From an uncultured Gemmatimonadaceae bacterium (GTDB lineage Bacteria > Gemmatimonadota > Gemmatimonadetes > Gemmatimonadales > Gemmatimonadaceae): a stretch of DNA of 64,000 bases. The position numbers were made by a program, and so were the translations under genes. Under the pieces are notes generated by a model. That model was given only the letters and a program-made list of their open reading frames with translations. It was not told the origin of the DNA and did no database searches. Of this stretch, positions 18,504 through 27,942 are shown piece after piece. The first letter of the stretch is position 1, and the number at the start of each line of letters is the position of its first letter. Location of the stretch: contig CAWFQK010000008.1 of the NCBI GenBank assembly GCA_963817955.1, forward strand, positions 28,209 through 92,208, in the 5' to 3' direction.

Positions 18504-18889
18504 TTGACCGAGCTGATATGGCCGTGTCGCGGCCTGACATATCCTCTCACGCCCAACCCCGGGTTTCCGTCGTCATTACCTGGCCGCACACCACCGATCG
18601 CCTGAGCGAGATGCTGACACAACGCGTGTCGCGACTCGGTCGGATGACAGTCGACACCATCGTCGTCACCGCCACCCACGTCGACGACAGCATTGCTGCC
18701 GCGCATCCCGAGATCCGCTTCATCACGGCGACCGACGATTGCTCGGTCAGCCGAATGCGCAGCGTCGGCATGCAGTACGCCTTCGGTGACATCGTGTTAC
18801 TGATCGACAATCTCTATGACGAAGAAATGGTGGAGGCGGTGTTTGCGGGTCGGACCGCAGACGGCATCCGGCTCGTGGCGGCGCTATGA
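18500..18889 (+). CDS. Small GT2-fold-like hypothetical protein
   Basis: PRVSVVI...R..GM..A.GDIVLL.D resembles the GT2 N-terminal half; coupled to both neighbours. Confidence 0.55.
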   Translation: MIDRADMAVSRPDISSHAQPRVSVVITWPHTTDRLSEMLTQRVSRLGRMTVDTIVVTATHVDDSIAAAHPEIRFITATDDCSVSRMRSVGMQYAFGDIVLLIDNLYDEEMVEAVFAGRTADGIRLVAAL

Positions 18890-20033
18890 TGGCCTCTCGG
18901 GCGGACCTCTCGGTCATCGTGCCACTCGCCGACGATCCGCAACACGCCGCCGAAATCTTCGATGCGCTCTCGGCGAGTGATCTGCCGCGTCGCTCGTGGG
19001 AACTCATCGTGGTGGCGGCGGGGCAGCCGAAGGCTGCCATCGAGGTCGCGGCGCAGCGCGCCGACGTGATCGTCAGACTTGATGGCTTGTGGACTCGTGA
19101 CACCGCTTACCGCTTCAACCGTGGTGCCGAGGTTGCGCGCGCCCCTGTCCTCGTCTTTCTCGAGTGCGATGTGATCGTGCGTCCAGACACGCTGCGTCGG
19201 ATCCGCTGTGCCTTCGCCGATGATCAGGTCGATGCGCTCGTGGCCGGCGTCGACCCGGCTCCGCGGTCGGCGAGCCTTTCCACGCGCTACGTCACGCTCC
19301 TGCAGGACTGGGCGCATCGCCGCTGCGCGGGTGAATCGGAACACTTTACGATTCGGGCCAGCGCGATTCGTGCACGGGCGTTCCTCAGCGCAGGGTACCT
19401 CGACGAGTGGCAACGGCCGCCTCTCGAAGGCGCTGCCACTGAGCTTGGCTTGCGACTGCGTGCCCTGGGGTATCGTGTCGAGTTGCGCAACGAGGTACGT
19501 GTCGCGAATCGCGGATACACGCCCTGGGCCCGCGCCGCGCAGCCATCGGCCATCCAGCAATCGCCGCCGCGCTGGCTGCCCACGGAGGGTGCGCGGCAGG
19601 AGCGCACCGCCACGTATCAATTTCGGATGCGCGAGCGCCGGTTATCGATCGCAGCGTGGGCCGCGGCGGCGCTGTTTGTTGCCGCCGCTGGTTTGCGGTC
19701 CGCGAATGTGGCAACGGGTGGGATGCTGTGCGCCACGCTGGTCCTTGCCGCGGATGCCCCGCTCGCGGCGCATCTGGCCCGCGGGGGGGAATAGGTGTCG
19801 CCTTGATCGCGATTCCGTTGCGCCTCGTGGCGCTTCTGGTGCAAGGCGCGCGAACAGTTGCGTACCATGTGCGCGTCCTATTGGTGGGCGAGCCACGGCC
19901 GGCAGCGGGTGTCGAGGCGTTGACGGAGGTTGGCGTCCAACACTGGCCGCCGACACCGGCGCGTCCACACGCTATCTCGGTTGACGGAGCCGGCACCGAT
20001 TCGCGAGAGGACGGGAATGCAAGCCGCTCATGA
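18886..20033 (+). pseudogene. GT2 family protein frameshifted at a G7 run (19783-19789)
   Basis: LSVIVP, N.GAEVA.APVLVF.ECDV; stop at 19794, while the hydrophobic C-terminus IGVALIAIPLRLV...GEPRP...WPP continues in another frame to 20033; G8 would restore the frame. Confidence 0.7.
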
Positions 20034-21222
20034 TTCGGCGCGGCCGCGAGTAGACGCTCAGGTGCTGGCCTTTGACCCGATGCGCGGTCGCCCCTGTTCA
20101 ATTGTCCATGTCGTCAGCCCTGGAGCGATCGGCGGTCTCGAGACGGTCGTCTACGCGCTTGCGCGCGGCCATGCTGAGGTGGGACATCATGTCACCGTCG
20201 TTTCCGTGGCCGATGATGAGGCATCCTGCCGCTTCCTCGACCGGTTCGCCGGCAGCGACGTGCAAACGATGTCCCTCGGTGCGGGCGGGCGGGTATACCT
20301 CGGTGAGCGTATCGCAGCATGTTCGGCATTCGCGCGCATTCGGCCTGATGTCGTGCATACCCACGGCCTTCGTCCCGACGTCATCGATGCGGGTGCGGCC
20401 CGGTCGATCGGCATTGCGACTGCGACGACGGTGCACGGCTACACCGATTCAACGCTCCGGAATCAGGTGTACGGCTTCGTGCAGCGCATGTGCCTGCGAT
20501 CGTTCGACGCCGTGGTGGCGGTGTCGACCCCACTCGCGCGCGTGTTGGCATCGTATGTCGAGCCGTCGCGGCTCCATGTCATCCCGAACGGCTTCATGCC
20601 GAGCGCCAGCCCGGCCGATCGATTGATTGCGCGCAGCCGGCTCGGCGTTCACGATGGGCGATTGCTCATTGGCTGGGTGGGCCGTTTGAGTCCGGAGAAA
20701 GGTCCAGACGTCGCGTTGCGCGCGCTTGCTCGTCTGGTGCAAGGGACCCATCCTGGACCGCTCGAGCTCGCGGTGCTGGGTAACGGTCCGGAGCGGCCGA
20801 ATCTGGAGCGACTCGCCCGCCAGTATGGCGTCGAGTCGCTCGTACATTGGCACGGCACGCGGTCCGACGCCCCGCTCCTGATGGCGGCCTTCGACGTATT
20901 CGTGCTGAGCTCGCGCACGGAGGGCACACCGATGGTGCTCCTCGAAGCGATGTTCGCGAAGACGCCGATCATTGCAACGCGAGTTGGCGGCGTGCCGGAC
21001 ATGCTCACGGCAGAGGAAGCATTGCTGGTGCCGAGCAACGACCCCGACGCCCTCGCGTCGGCCATTCGCAGCGTGCTGACGAACCACGACGCAGCCAGCG
21101 TGCGCGCCCTCAAGGCGGCTGATGTGCTGGCGACCCGCTATGATGGCCGCGCATGGCTCGATCAGTATGCGGCGCTCTACGGGCAGTTGCGCGTGCTCAC
21201 CCTTCGGAGACAACAATGCTGA
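20017..21222 (+). CDS. Glycosyltransferase family 4
   Basis: GGLE, TTVHG, IPNG, GRLSPEKG, SSRTEGTPMVLLEAM, TRVGG. Confidence 0.92.
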   Translation: MQAAHDSARPRVDAQVLAFDPMRGRPCSIVHVVSPGAIGGLETVVYALARGHAEVGHHVTVVSVADDEASCRFLDRFAGSDVQTMSLGAGGRVYLGERIAACSAFARIRPDVVHTHGLRPDVIDAGAARSIGIATATTVHGYTDSTLRNQVYGFVQRMCLRSFDAVVAVSTPLARVLASYVEPSRLHVIPNGFMPSASPADRLIARSRLGVHDGRLLIGWVGRLSPEKGPDVALRALARLVQGTHPGPLELAVLGNGPERPNLERLARQYGVESLVHWHGTRSDAPLLMAAFDVFVLSSRTEGTPMVLLEAMFAKTPIIATRVGGVPDMLTAEEALLVPSNDPDALASAIRSVLTNHDAASVRALKAADVLATRYDGRAWLDQYAALYGQLRVLTLRRQQC

Positions 21223-22424
21223 AAGAAATCGCCGTCGGCTGCGCGGTGGCGCCGGCGCTGTTCGGCTCGTACGCGTACGTCGGATATCCTGGCGTGCTCG
21301 CGCTCCTGGCACGACGCAGCGGCCGGCGCAATCCGCCATTGCTTGCGGACTGGCCAACCGTGAGCGTCGTGATTCCCGTGTACAACGAGGAACGCGTCAT
21401 TGCCGACACGCTGGAACACGTTCTCGCGCTGGACTATCCCAAGGATCGGTTGCAGGTCCTCGTGGTGTCGGACGCCTCGAGCGATCGCACGGATGAGATC
21501 GTGCGTGCGTTTGCGGGTCGAGGGGTTGAGCTGCTTCGCATGCAGGAGCGGCGCGGAAAGACCGCCGGGGAGAATGCCGCCGGAGCCGTCGTGCGCGGCG
21601 ACATCGTGGTGAACATCGACGCGACCGTGCACGTTCCCCGCCACGCGCTTCGGGCGCTCGTGCGGGCATTCGCCGATCCCTCCGTCGGTGTCGCCTCGGG
21701 CCGCGACGTCACCACCGGGAGCGCTGTCACCGAGGGCGCTCGCGGCGAAGAGCAGTACACCAATTACGAGATGCGAGTCCGCACGCTCGAGACGCGCGTG
21801 TACTCGATCGTCGGCGCCAGCGGATGCTTCTTCGCCAGCCGGCGCGAGCTGTATCGTCTACCATTCCCGGAGCAGTTGAGCCGTGATTTTGGCAGCGCCC
21901 TCGTCGCGCGTGACCACGGATATCGTGCGGTGTCCGTGGACGACGCCGTGTGCGTCGTGCCGTGTACGCCATCGCTTCGTGTGGAGCGCCGGCGCAAGAT
22001 GCGCACGATGACACGCGGTTTGGGCACGCTCTGGTACATGCGGCGACTCCTCAACCCTATGCGGTTCGGCGTATTCTCGTGGATGCTGTTCAGCCACAAG
22101 CTTGCGCGTTGGTCCGTCACGCTCAGTGCTCCTGTTGCGATTGGTGGTCTGGCGACCCTGGCCGTGCTGCCGAATGGGGGAGGCGTGGGCCTCGTCGCGC
22201 GGGCCATGCTCATCGCCACGGGTGTCGTCGGTGCCATTGGCTGGTCGGGTTTGGCGCTATCGGAACGCCGGACGTTGCCCCGCATCCTGGCGATACCCGC
22301 CTTCATCGTGGCCGCGATCAGCGCCGGAACACAGGCCTGGACGCAGTGGCTGCTCGGACGACAGAAACCATTGTGGGAACCGACGCGCCGCCCACCGACC
22401 GACGTGTTACAGGCCGGCGCCTGA
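21216..22424 (+). CDS. Membrane glycosyltransferase family 2
   Basis: YAYVGYP, IPVYNEE, SDASSDRT, GKT..EN, GASGC, SHKL.RW. Confidence 0.92.
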   Translation: MLKEIAVGCAVAPALFGSYAYVGYPGVLALLARRSGRRNPPLLADWPTVSVVIPVYNEERVIADTLEHVLALDYPKDRLQVLVVSDASSDRTDEIVRAFAGRGVELLRMQERRGKTAGENAAGAVVRGDIVVNIDATVHVPRHALRALVRAFADPSVGVASGRDVTTGSAVTEGARGEEQYTNYEMRVRTLETRVYSIVGASGCFFASRRELYRLPFPEQLSRDFGSALVARDHGYRAVSVDDAVCVVPCTPSLRVERRRKMRTMTRGLGTLWYMRRLLNPMRFGVFSWMLFSHKLARWSVTLSAPVAIGGLATLAVLPNGGGVGLVARAMLIATGVVGAIGWSGLALSERRTLPRILAIPAFIVAAISAGTQAWTQWLLGRQKPLWEPTRRPPTDVLQAGA

Positions 22425-22433
22425 GGCCACGGC

Positions 22434-23210
22434 TCAGAGACTGCCGCGCGCGAAGAGCATTACCGGAATTGTCTTGAGCATGATGCGAAGATCTTCGAGC
22501 ACACCCTGACGGCCCAGGTACTCGAGGTCATAGCGCACCTTCACCCGGACGTCGTCGATCGACATGTCGTACCGGTGATTGATCTGCGCCCAGCCGGTGA
22601 TACCAGGGCGTCCCAGTTGACGATGCGGGTAGTCGTCAATCGATTCGCGAAGCCGGGCGAAGATGCTCGGACGCTCCGGTCGTGGTCCGACGATGTTCAT
22701 GTCGCCGCAGAGGACGTTGACCAACTGCGGCAGCTCGTCCAGGCGGGAGGCGCGGAGAATGCGGCCCAGCCGGGTCACCCGGGCGTCGGCCTTCCGGGCC
22801 CACACGGCACCGGTGCGCTCGGCATTGACGACCATGGAACGGAATTTATAAATATGGAATGCGGCTCCGCCAATGTTGCGCAGGCGACGGTCCTGCCCGA
22901 GGTCCACCGGCTGGCGCCGCCGCCGACGATCCACGCCGACGCGCGCCTGCACATAGATGATTGGACCGGGCGAGGTGAGCGCAACGAGCAGGCCGGTCAA
23001 AACGAGCACGGGAGCGAGAAGGGCGAGCGCGACGGACGCAACCAGAATGTTGACTAGCCGGTTGGCGATTTCGGACCGACGGCGTGGCGTGAAGCGCACC
23101 CGCCTGGGCGAAGGAGTCGTCTCGAGCTCTTGCCTGGTTTCGGTCTCGTTCTGATCGGCCTGCACCGTTGCGAGCGAGAGCGCTGGCGCGGCATTGGATG
23201 GTGGGCACAT
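22434..23210 (-). CDS. Priming sugar (polyprenyl-phosphate glycosyl-1-phosphate) transferase
   Basis: YKFRSM, D.RVT..G..LR.SRLDELPQL.NVL.GDM..VGPRPERP, PGITGWAQI. Confidence 0.93.
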   Translation of the reverse strand: MCPPSNAAPALSLATVQADQNETETRQELETTPSPRRVRFTPRRRSEIANRLVNILVASVALALLAPVLVLTGLLVALTSPGPIIYVQARVGVDRRRRRQPVDLGQDRRLRNIGGAAFHIYKFRSMVVNAERTGAVWARKADARVTRLGRILRASRLDELPQLVNVLCGDMNIVGPRPERPSIFARLRESIDDYPHRQLGRPGITGWAQINHRYDMSIDDVRVKVRYDLEYLGRQGVLEDLRIMLKTIPVMLFARGSL

Positions 23211-23243
23211 AGGCGACGTAGGTCCTTCGTTGAGGACGACGTG

Positions 23244-24062
23244 CTAACGACGTACGATGTAGAGAATCGACACCACCAGACCGGAGACGGCCGCGCTCAC
23301 CTGCGCGAGGGTCGACCAGTCGCGCTTCCCGCGTTCCTGCACCAGAATGTCGTCGCCGGAGTGAATGCCGAGCTGCGCGAGGGTTGCACCTGCCGCGAGC
23401 ATTTCACGCAGTTGATCCTCATTCCATAAGGTCAGCCCGCCGTGCCGCACCACGGCGCGGTCAGGCGCCGCCATGGCGGTTGGCCCGCCAGCTGCCATCA
23501 GTGCGTCACTCACTGGGGAGTCGATGGCGAGTTGGTAGTACCCCGGGCGTGTCACCAGCCCGAGGACCCCGATGCGAACGAGCGTCGTCACCCGCACCTC
23601 ACGATCGCGATAGTACTCACTGACGCGTTGCGCCACGCGTTCTTGAACCTCGGAGCGAAGCACACCCTTGAGTGAGACGTCTGGGACGGTGGGAAGCTTC
23701 AAGACGAGGCCGTCGCGCACCGTGAACGTGTCGGTCAGGGCGGCTTCACCGCGCACCGACAGTACCAGACGGTCACCAACCCGGAAGTCGCCATCCTGCA
23801 GGCGGCTCCGGATGGAACTCGCTGCGCTCGCACTGCGCGCACGGTCTGCCGCCGGCCGTGACGCATCCGTCGCTTCCTGCTCGGCGGCCGTCGCGAGCGA
23901 GTCCAGGTCATGCCGGCCGGCCAGCCAGGGACGCGTGGTCCCGTCACGTTGCGTTTGACCTACAACAGTGTTGGGATGGACGAACAATTGGATCAACCAG
24001 AGAAAGCTGGTACAGAGGATGATCACGCGGGGCCGCGATCGGCGAGAGCAGAGTGTTGTCAT
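23244..24062 (-). CDS. wza: Polysaccharide export protein (Wza-like, Poly_export + SLBB)
   Basis: GD.LVL.V.GE, V.G.V.RPGYY, DALMAAGG, GD.I.V; N-terminal signal, C-terminal hydrophobic helix. Confidence 0.8.
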   Translation of the reverse strand: MTTLCSRRSRPRVIILCTSFLWLIQLFVHPNTVVGQTQRDGTTRPWLAGRHDLDSLATAAEQEATDASRPAADRARSASAASSIRSRLQDGDFRVGDRLVLSVRGEAALTDTFTVRDGLVLKLPTVPDVSLKGVLRSEVQERVAQRVSEYYRDREVRVTTLVRIGVLGLVTRPGYYQLAIDSPVSDALMAAGGPTAMAAPDRAVVRHGGLTLWNEDQLREMLAAGATLAQLGIHSGDDILVQERGKRDWSTLAQVSAAVSGLVVSILYIVRR

Positions 24063-24289
24063 GCTCGTGCCAAATGCAGTGTGCGTGCTACGCGTACGCC
24101 GACATGCCGGTGTGCGATAAGTGCATCAACCACATGCAAATGCACGCGCTGTCGTCCAGCGCAGGCCACGTGCAATGATGTGCCGCCGTGGCACGCCCGC
24201 GACACTTCCGCCGCCGTTGTGCCACAAATCGTGGTTGATAATGCCTGGGCCACCGTTGGTCCGGTACCTGGGGAACAGCCGACTAGCCG

Positions 24290-24304
24290 CGGCGCATGAG
24301 TTGC
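24290..24304 (+). promoter_or_regulatory. Candidate sigma54 promoter
   Basis: CGGCGCA-TGAG-TTGC, 65 nt before ATG 24369. Confidence 0.45.
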
Positions 24305-24368
24305 GAGTGTAGGCCGTGCTCCCTCGGACCTGCCCCTTACTCGCCGCCCCTTGGGTGGACGAACACTC

Positions 24369-25331
24369 ATGATTGATCATGCTCCCGGCGCCATCACGGC
24401 GCCGCCGGCGCTGGCGCTCGTCGTGAGCGCGAACGATTGGAACGCCCGGGCGGTCGAGAGCATTCTCGACCCGTCCGCTTATGTCACGCTGCGGGCGACA
24501 ACGCGCAGTCAGGCGGTGCAGTTCGCCCGCAATGCCTCGCCGGACATTGTGATTGTCCATGGTGATGTCGCCGACCAGACGCTCGACGATACCGTCCGCG
24601 CACTCGTCAACGACAATCCGCTTGGCCCTACCTGTCCGTTAATCGTCATTGCGACGAACGGTGGCCACCGGGAACGCCGTCTCGACCTCCAACGCGTTGG
24701 TGCATGGTACGTCGTGGGTGATCCAATCGATTCCGAAGCGCTCGCGTTGCTGTTCGTCCGATTGCTCGGCGCTCGGCGCGAAGTGCGTCGCATAGCCGAC
24801 CGTGTCCACGTCGACGCCGAGACTGGCGTATACAATGAACGCGGACTCCTGCGCCGCGCCGCAGAGCTCGGGGCACACGCGACGCGGTTTCACGAGTCGC
24901 TCGCGTGCATCGCGCTCCGTCCGCTCGCCGAAGGCGAGGAGCCGGGCCTTGCGGCACAGGCGGTATCCGTGGGGCCGATCGCCGTGCATCTCGCGCGTGT
25001 CATCGCGCCCCTCGTGCGCATGTCGGACACCCTCGGCCACCTGCGGCCGCGTGAGTTTGGCGTGGTCGCCAGCGGCGGCGGCGACCAGAGCGCGCTTCGT
25101 CTTGTCGAGCGGATGCGGTTGGCCGTCGAGAATTCTCCGCTCGTCATGGGCGGCCTCATTCGGCGCCTGTCTCTCGCTGCCGCGATCTGCATGGTACCCG
25201 ATTTTGCGGATTCAGCCGTGGCGGCGCCCGCCTTGTTGTCGCGGGTGGCGGACCTGATGCGCGACGGCGCGTCGCAGATGGAGCGGAACCCGATTCGCGT
25301 CGTTGAGCCGGTGCCGCTGCGGCGCGATTGA
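24369..25331 (+). CDS. Pseudo-receiver plus degenerate GGDEF domain protein
   Basis: REC-like N-terminus (PDIVIVHG); D.ETGVYN.RG; RMSDTLGHLRPREF in place of RxxD-x5-GGDEF. Confidence 0.75.
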   Translation: MIDHAPGAITAPPALALVVSANDWNARAVESILDPSAYVTLRATTRSQAVQFARNASPDIVIVHGDVADQTLDDTVRALVNDNPLGPTCPLIVIATNGGHRERRLDLQRVGAWYVVGDPIDSEALALLFVRLLGARREVRRIADRVHVDAETGVYNERGLLRRAAELGAHATRFHESLACIALRPLAEGEEPGLAAQAVSVGPIAVHLARVIAPLVRMSDTLGHLRPREFGVVASGGGDQSALRLVERMRLAVENSPLVMGGLIRRLSLAAAICMVPDFADSAVAAPALLSRVADLMRDGASQMERNPIRVVEPVPLRRD

Positions 25332-25355
25332 CCGTCGCGCCGCAGCGATCACCCG

Positions 25356-27773
25356 CTACTCTCCGGCGTTGAGCAGTCCGACGCGTGACGCGCGCTGTGG
25401 AATTGCCGTATCGAGATCTACGGTATCGTGCGTCAGGTAGTGCGAATACTCGTCTTCAGCGTGAGTCGGGCAGTCGTTCAACACCGCTCCAACGACTTGC
25501 ACTGGTAGCCGGTCCACCACCTCGAGCTTGGCCTTGGCCATGCGAACATCGCTGGCATCCATGCGAAGCACGATGGCCGCTGCGCCGGTGGCGACACTCT
25601 CCCAGAGCGCGTCCGACCCCACGCTGAGCGGTGGACTGTCTACGATGATGACGTCGTAGCTGCCGCGCGCTTCATTCAAGAGGGCCGAAAGCCTCGGGCC
25701 CGCGAGCATCTCCGGTCCCTGCCGGTACCTCGTGCCGCACGGCAGGATCGACAGCTGCGCGACCTCTGTCGCGACAACCGCCTCGTCCAATGTCAAGCCG
25801 GTTGACAGGCAGTCGAGCAACCCCGGTCGGCGCGACACGCCGAACATGCTGTGCAGATCGCCACGACGAATATCGCCGTCGACAAGCAGCGTGCGATACC
25901 CAGCTTCGGCGAACGAAATTGCGAGATTCGCCGAGACGAGTGATTTCCCGTCACCGACATTGGGACTCGTGATCGTGAGCTGGATGGGCATGTCGCCGCC
26001 GAGCGCGTATGCGATGCCAACGCGGATGGCCCGCATCGCTTCGACGAGCTGTGCGCTTTCTATAGAATGCACGTGTCCCTTGCGATGGCGGCGGAGACGC
26101 GGCACGGAGCCGAGCACCCAGAGATCGAGGTCGTCGCGCACCTGTTCTGGGCGACGCAGTCGTTTGTCGACGCCGTCCAGCAGCAGGGCAAAGAACAGTC
26201 CGCCGAAACCACCAGCGGTCGTGAATAGCGCCGCGAGTTGGAACGCGCGGCCGCCCGGGGCGTGCGCCGGCGCAACTGCTGGATCGAGCACGCTGACATC
26301 GGCCACTGTGCCCGCCTCGGCCAATTGTGCCGACTCGTATTCGTTCTGTATCTTGGCGAACATGTTCTCGGCGAGCGCCACGTTCCGGCGGAGCCGAAGC
26401 TCTTCGAGGGTGCGCGGTGGTATCCCCTCCAGCACGTGGGTGGACGCAGCAAGATTACCCTGCAGCTCGTGTTCGCGGCGGGTGATCTGATCGACGCGGG
26501 CTGCGACGAGACGGGGAATCGTCTCCAACCGCAGCTCGTTCGTCGCCTGGCGAAGATCTCGTACGATCTTGTTCTCGTCAGTGTAATCCCGACGCGCCGC
26601 TCGCAGCGCGGTGTCTTTCGCGCCGAGTGTGACGACGGCGGCACGAACCTCCGGTGCATGCGTGGCGAGCATCGGAAGGGTCAGCACGTAATCGACTGCT
26701 GCCGGATCCGCGCGGAGTCGGAGTTCGGCATCGTTCAACGTTGCGCGGTCAGACTGCAGTTGGTCCAGCTCCGTCTTGGCGTCGAGGTACCGGCTCAACA
26801 GCGGGTCCAGGCCGTTTGCGCGGGCGCCGGTTGCCGACGCGTCTGATGGGAGCGTGACGGAGGCGACACGAAACCGCTCGAGCGCCGTCTCTGCGGCGCG
26901 CAGCGAATTCTCGGCCGATTGCGCTTGATCGCGAAGTCGCGCCGATTGCTCCACGATGCTGCGCCTCTCGAGCTCTGCGCTCACCGAGATGAACTCGTCG
27001 GTGATCATGTTGAGCATCGCGGTCGTTGCCTTGGGATCGCCGCCCGTCAAGGTGAGACGAATGAAGCTGGTCCCCTCGGGCTGCACGGTGGTGAGGCGCG
27101 AAGAAATGTCGTTTGCCGCATCGCGCGCTGACTGGACGGTGAACGCGTGCTCGGATCCGCCCGGCAGCAACGCCCGCGGCGGCTGCCACTGGAAGCCAAT
27201 CGAACGGCCGATGGAATCACCCACTGCGCCGGTTTCGAGCACCGTGTTCGCCGCATCGACCAGTGTGTACCGGGATGCGGCGCTGTCCACTCGGATGGCC
27301 ATGCGGCCGGCGCGCATCGTGTCGCGAACGATGAGGCCAGCGAAGAGAACGCGATCTTGCGGCGAGATGGGCAACGCGTGGAGTCCGGCGCGCCGGGCGA
27401 CGCGCTCGAGGATCGCGTAGCTGCGCAGCAGGTCCACCCACGACGTCCCGCTGACGAGCTCGACGGTCCGGGCAACGTCGGTCGAGTGTTCACGGCGATC
27501 GGTCGAGACCAATAAGGTCGCCTGAACGCTATAGGTTGGACGGATGCGGCGACCAGCAGCCACGCCAGCGGCCGCGCCGATGAGCGTCGCCAGAACAACG
27601 AGCCACTTGTACCGCCATATCGCGGACAGGTACCGAGCCCAGGGTACGCCGGGTTCGCCTGCTGCGCCGAGCGGTGTCGCTGAGGGCGCAGAGGACGCAG
27701 AAGTGACAACCGGCGCGACTGCGCTCGGTGCATTGGTTAGCGCGAGAGCATTCGGTTCATGAAACGTGGGCAC
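25356..27773 (-). CDS. wzc: Polysaccharide co-polymerase / tyrosine autokinase (Wzc)
   Basis: Two TMs with a periplasmic coiled coil, Walker A SPNVGDGKS, LLVDGD.RR, IIVDSPP, GAVLN; GTG start 27773 (track start 27809). Confidence 0.92.
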   Translation of the reverse strand: MPTFHEPNALALTNAPSAVAPVVTSASSAPSATPLGAAGEPGVPWARYLSAIWRYKWLVVLATLIGAAAGVAAGRRIRPTYSVQATLLVSTDRREHSTDVARTVELVSGTSWVDLLRSYAILERVARRAGLHALPISPQDRVLFAGLIVRDTMRAGRMAIRVDSAASRYTLVDAANTVLETGAVGDSIGRSIGFQWQPPRALLPGGSEHAFTVQSARDAANDISSRLTTVQPEGTSFIRLTLTGGDPKATTAMLNMITDEFISVSAELERRSIVEQSARLRDQAQSAENSLRAAETALERFRVASVTLPSDASATGARANGLDPLLSRYLDAKTELDQLQSDRATLNDAELRLRADPAAVDYVLTLPMLATHAPEVRAAVVTLGAKDTALRAARRDYTDENKIVRDLRQATNELRLETIPRLVAARVDQITRREHELQGNLAASTHVLEGIPPRTLEELRLRRNVALAENMFAKIQNEYESAQLAEAGTVADVSVLDPAVAPAHAPGGRAFQLAALFTTAGGFGGLFFALLLDGVDKRLRRPEQVRDDLDLWVLGSVPRLRRHRKGHVHSIESAQLVEAMRAIRVGIAYALGGDMPIQLTITSPNVGDGKSLVSANLAISFAEAGYRTLLVDGDIRRGDLHSMFGVSRRPGLLDCLSTGLTLDEAVVATEVAQLSILPCGTRYRQGPEMLAGPRLSALLNEARGSYDVIIVDSPPLSVGSDALWESVATGAAAIVLRMDASDVRMAKAKLEVVDRLPVQVVGAVLNDCPTHAEDEYSHYLTHDTVDLDTAIPQRASRVGLLNAGE

Positions 27774-27804
27774 GATCGCTTCCGTTGGTGTCGCATGCCG
27801 CAAA

Positions 27805-27820
27805 TGCAAATTGCTGCCCG
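27805..27820 (-). promoter_or_regulatory. Candidate sigma54 promoter for wzc
   Basis: CGGGCAG-CAAT-TTGCA. Confidence 0.4.
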
Positions 27821-27942
27821 CAGCGCACCCCGCGTTTTCGCTCGCTAATGGCTGATTCGGCGTCGAGGCTGTCGCTCACATGCAACGAGGCCGTGGCATG
27901 TTCGCCACGGCCCACGTCGACAGAACCCGTCGTTCACACCCG

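Noticed and set aside
24065..24110. Sigma54 promoter for wza
   Set aside because: The best match TAGCACG-N4-CTGCA lacks the invariant GG
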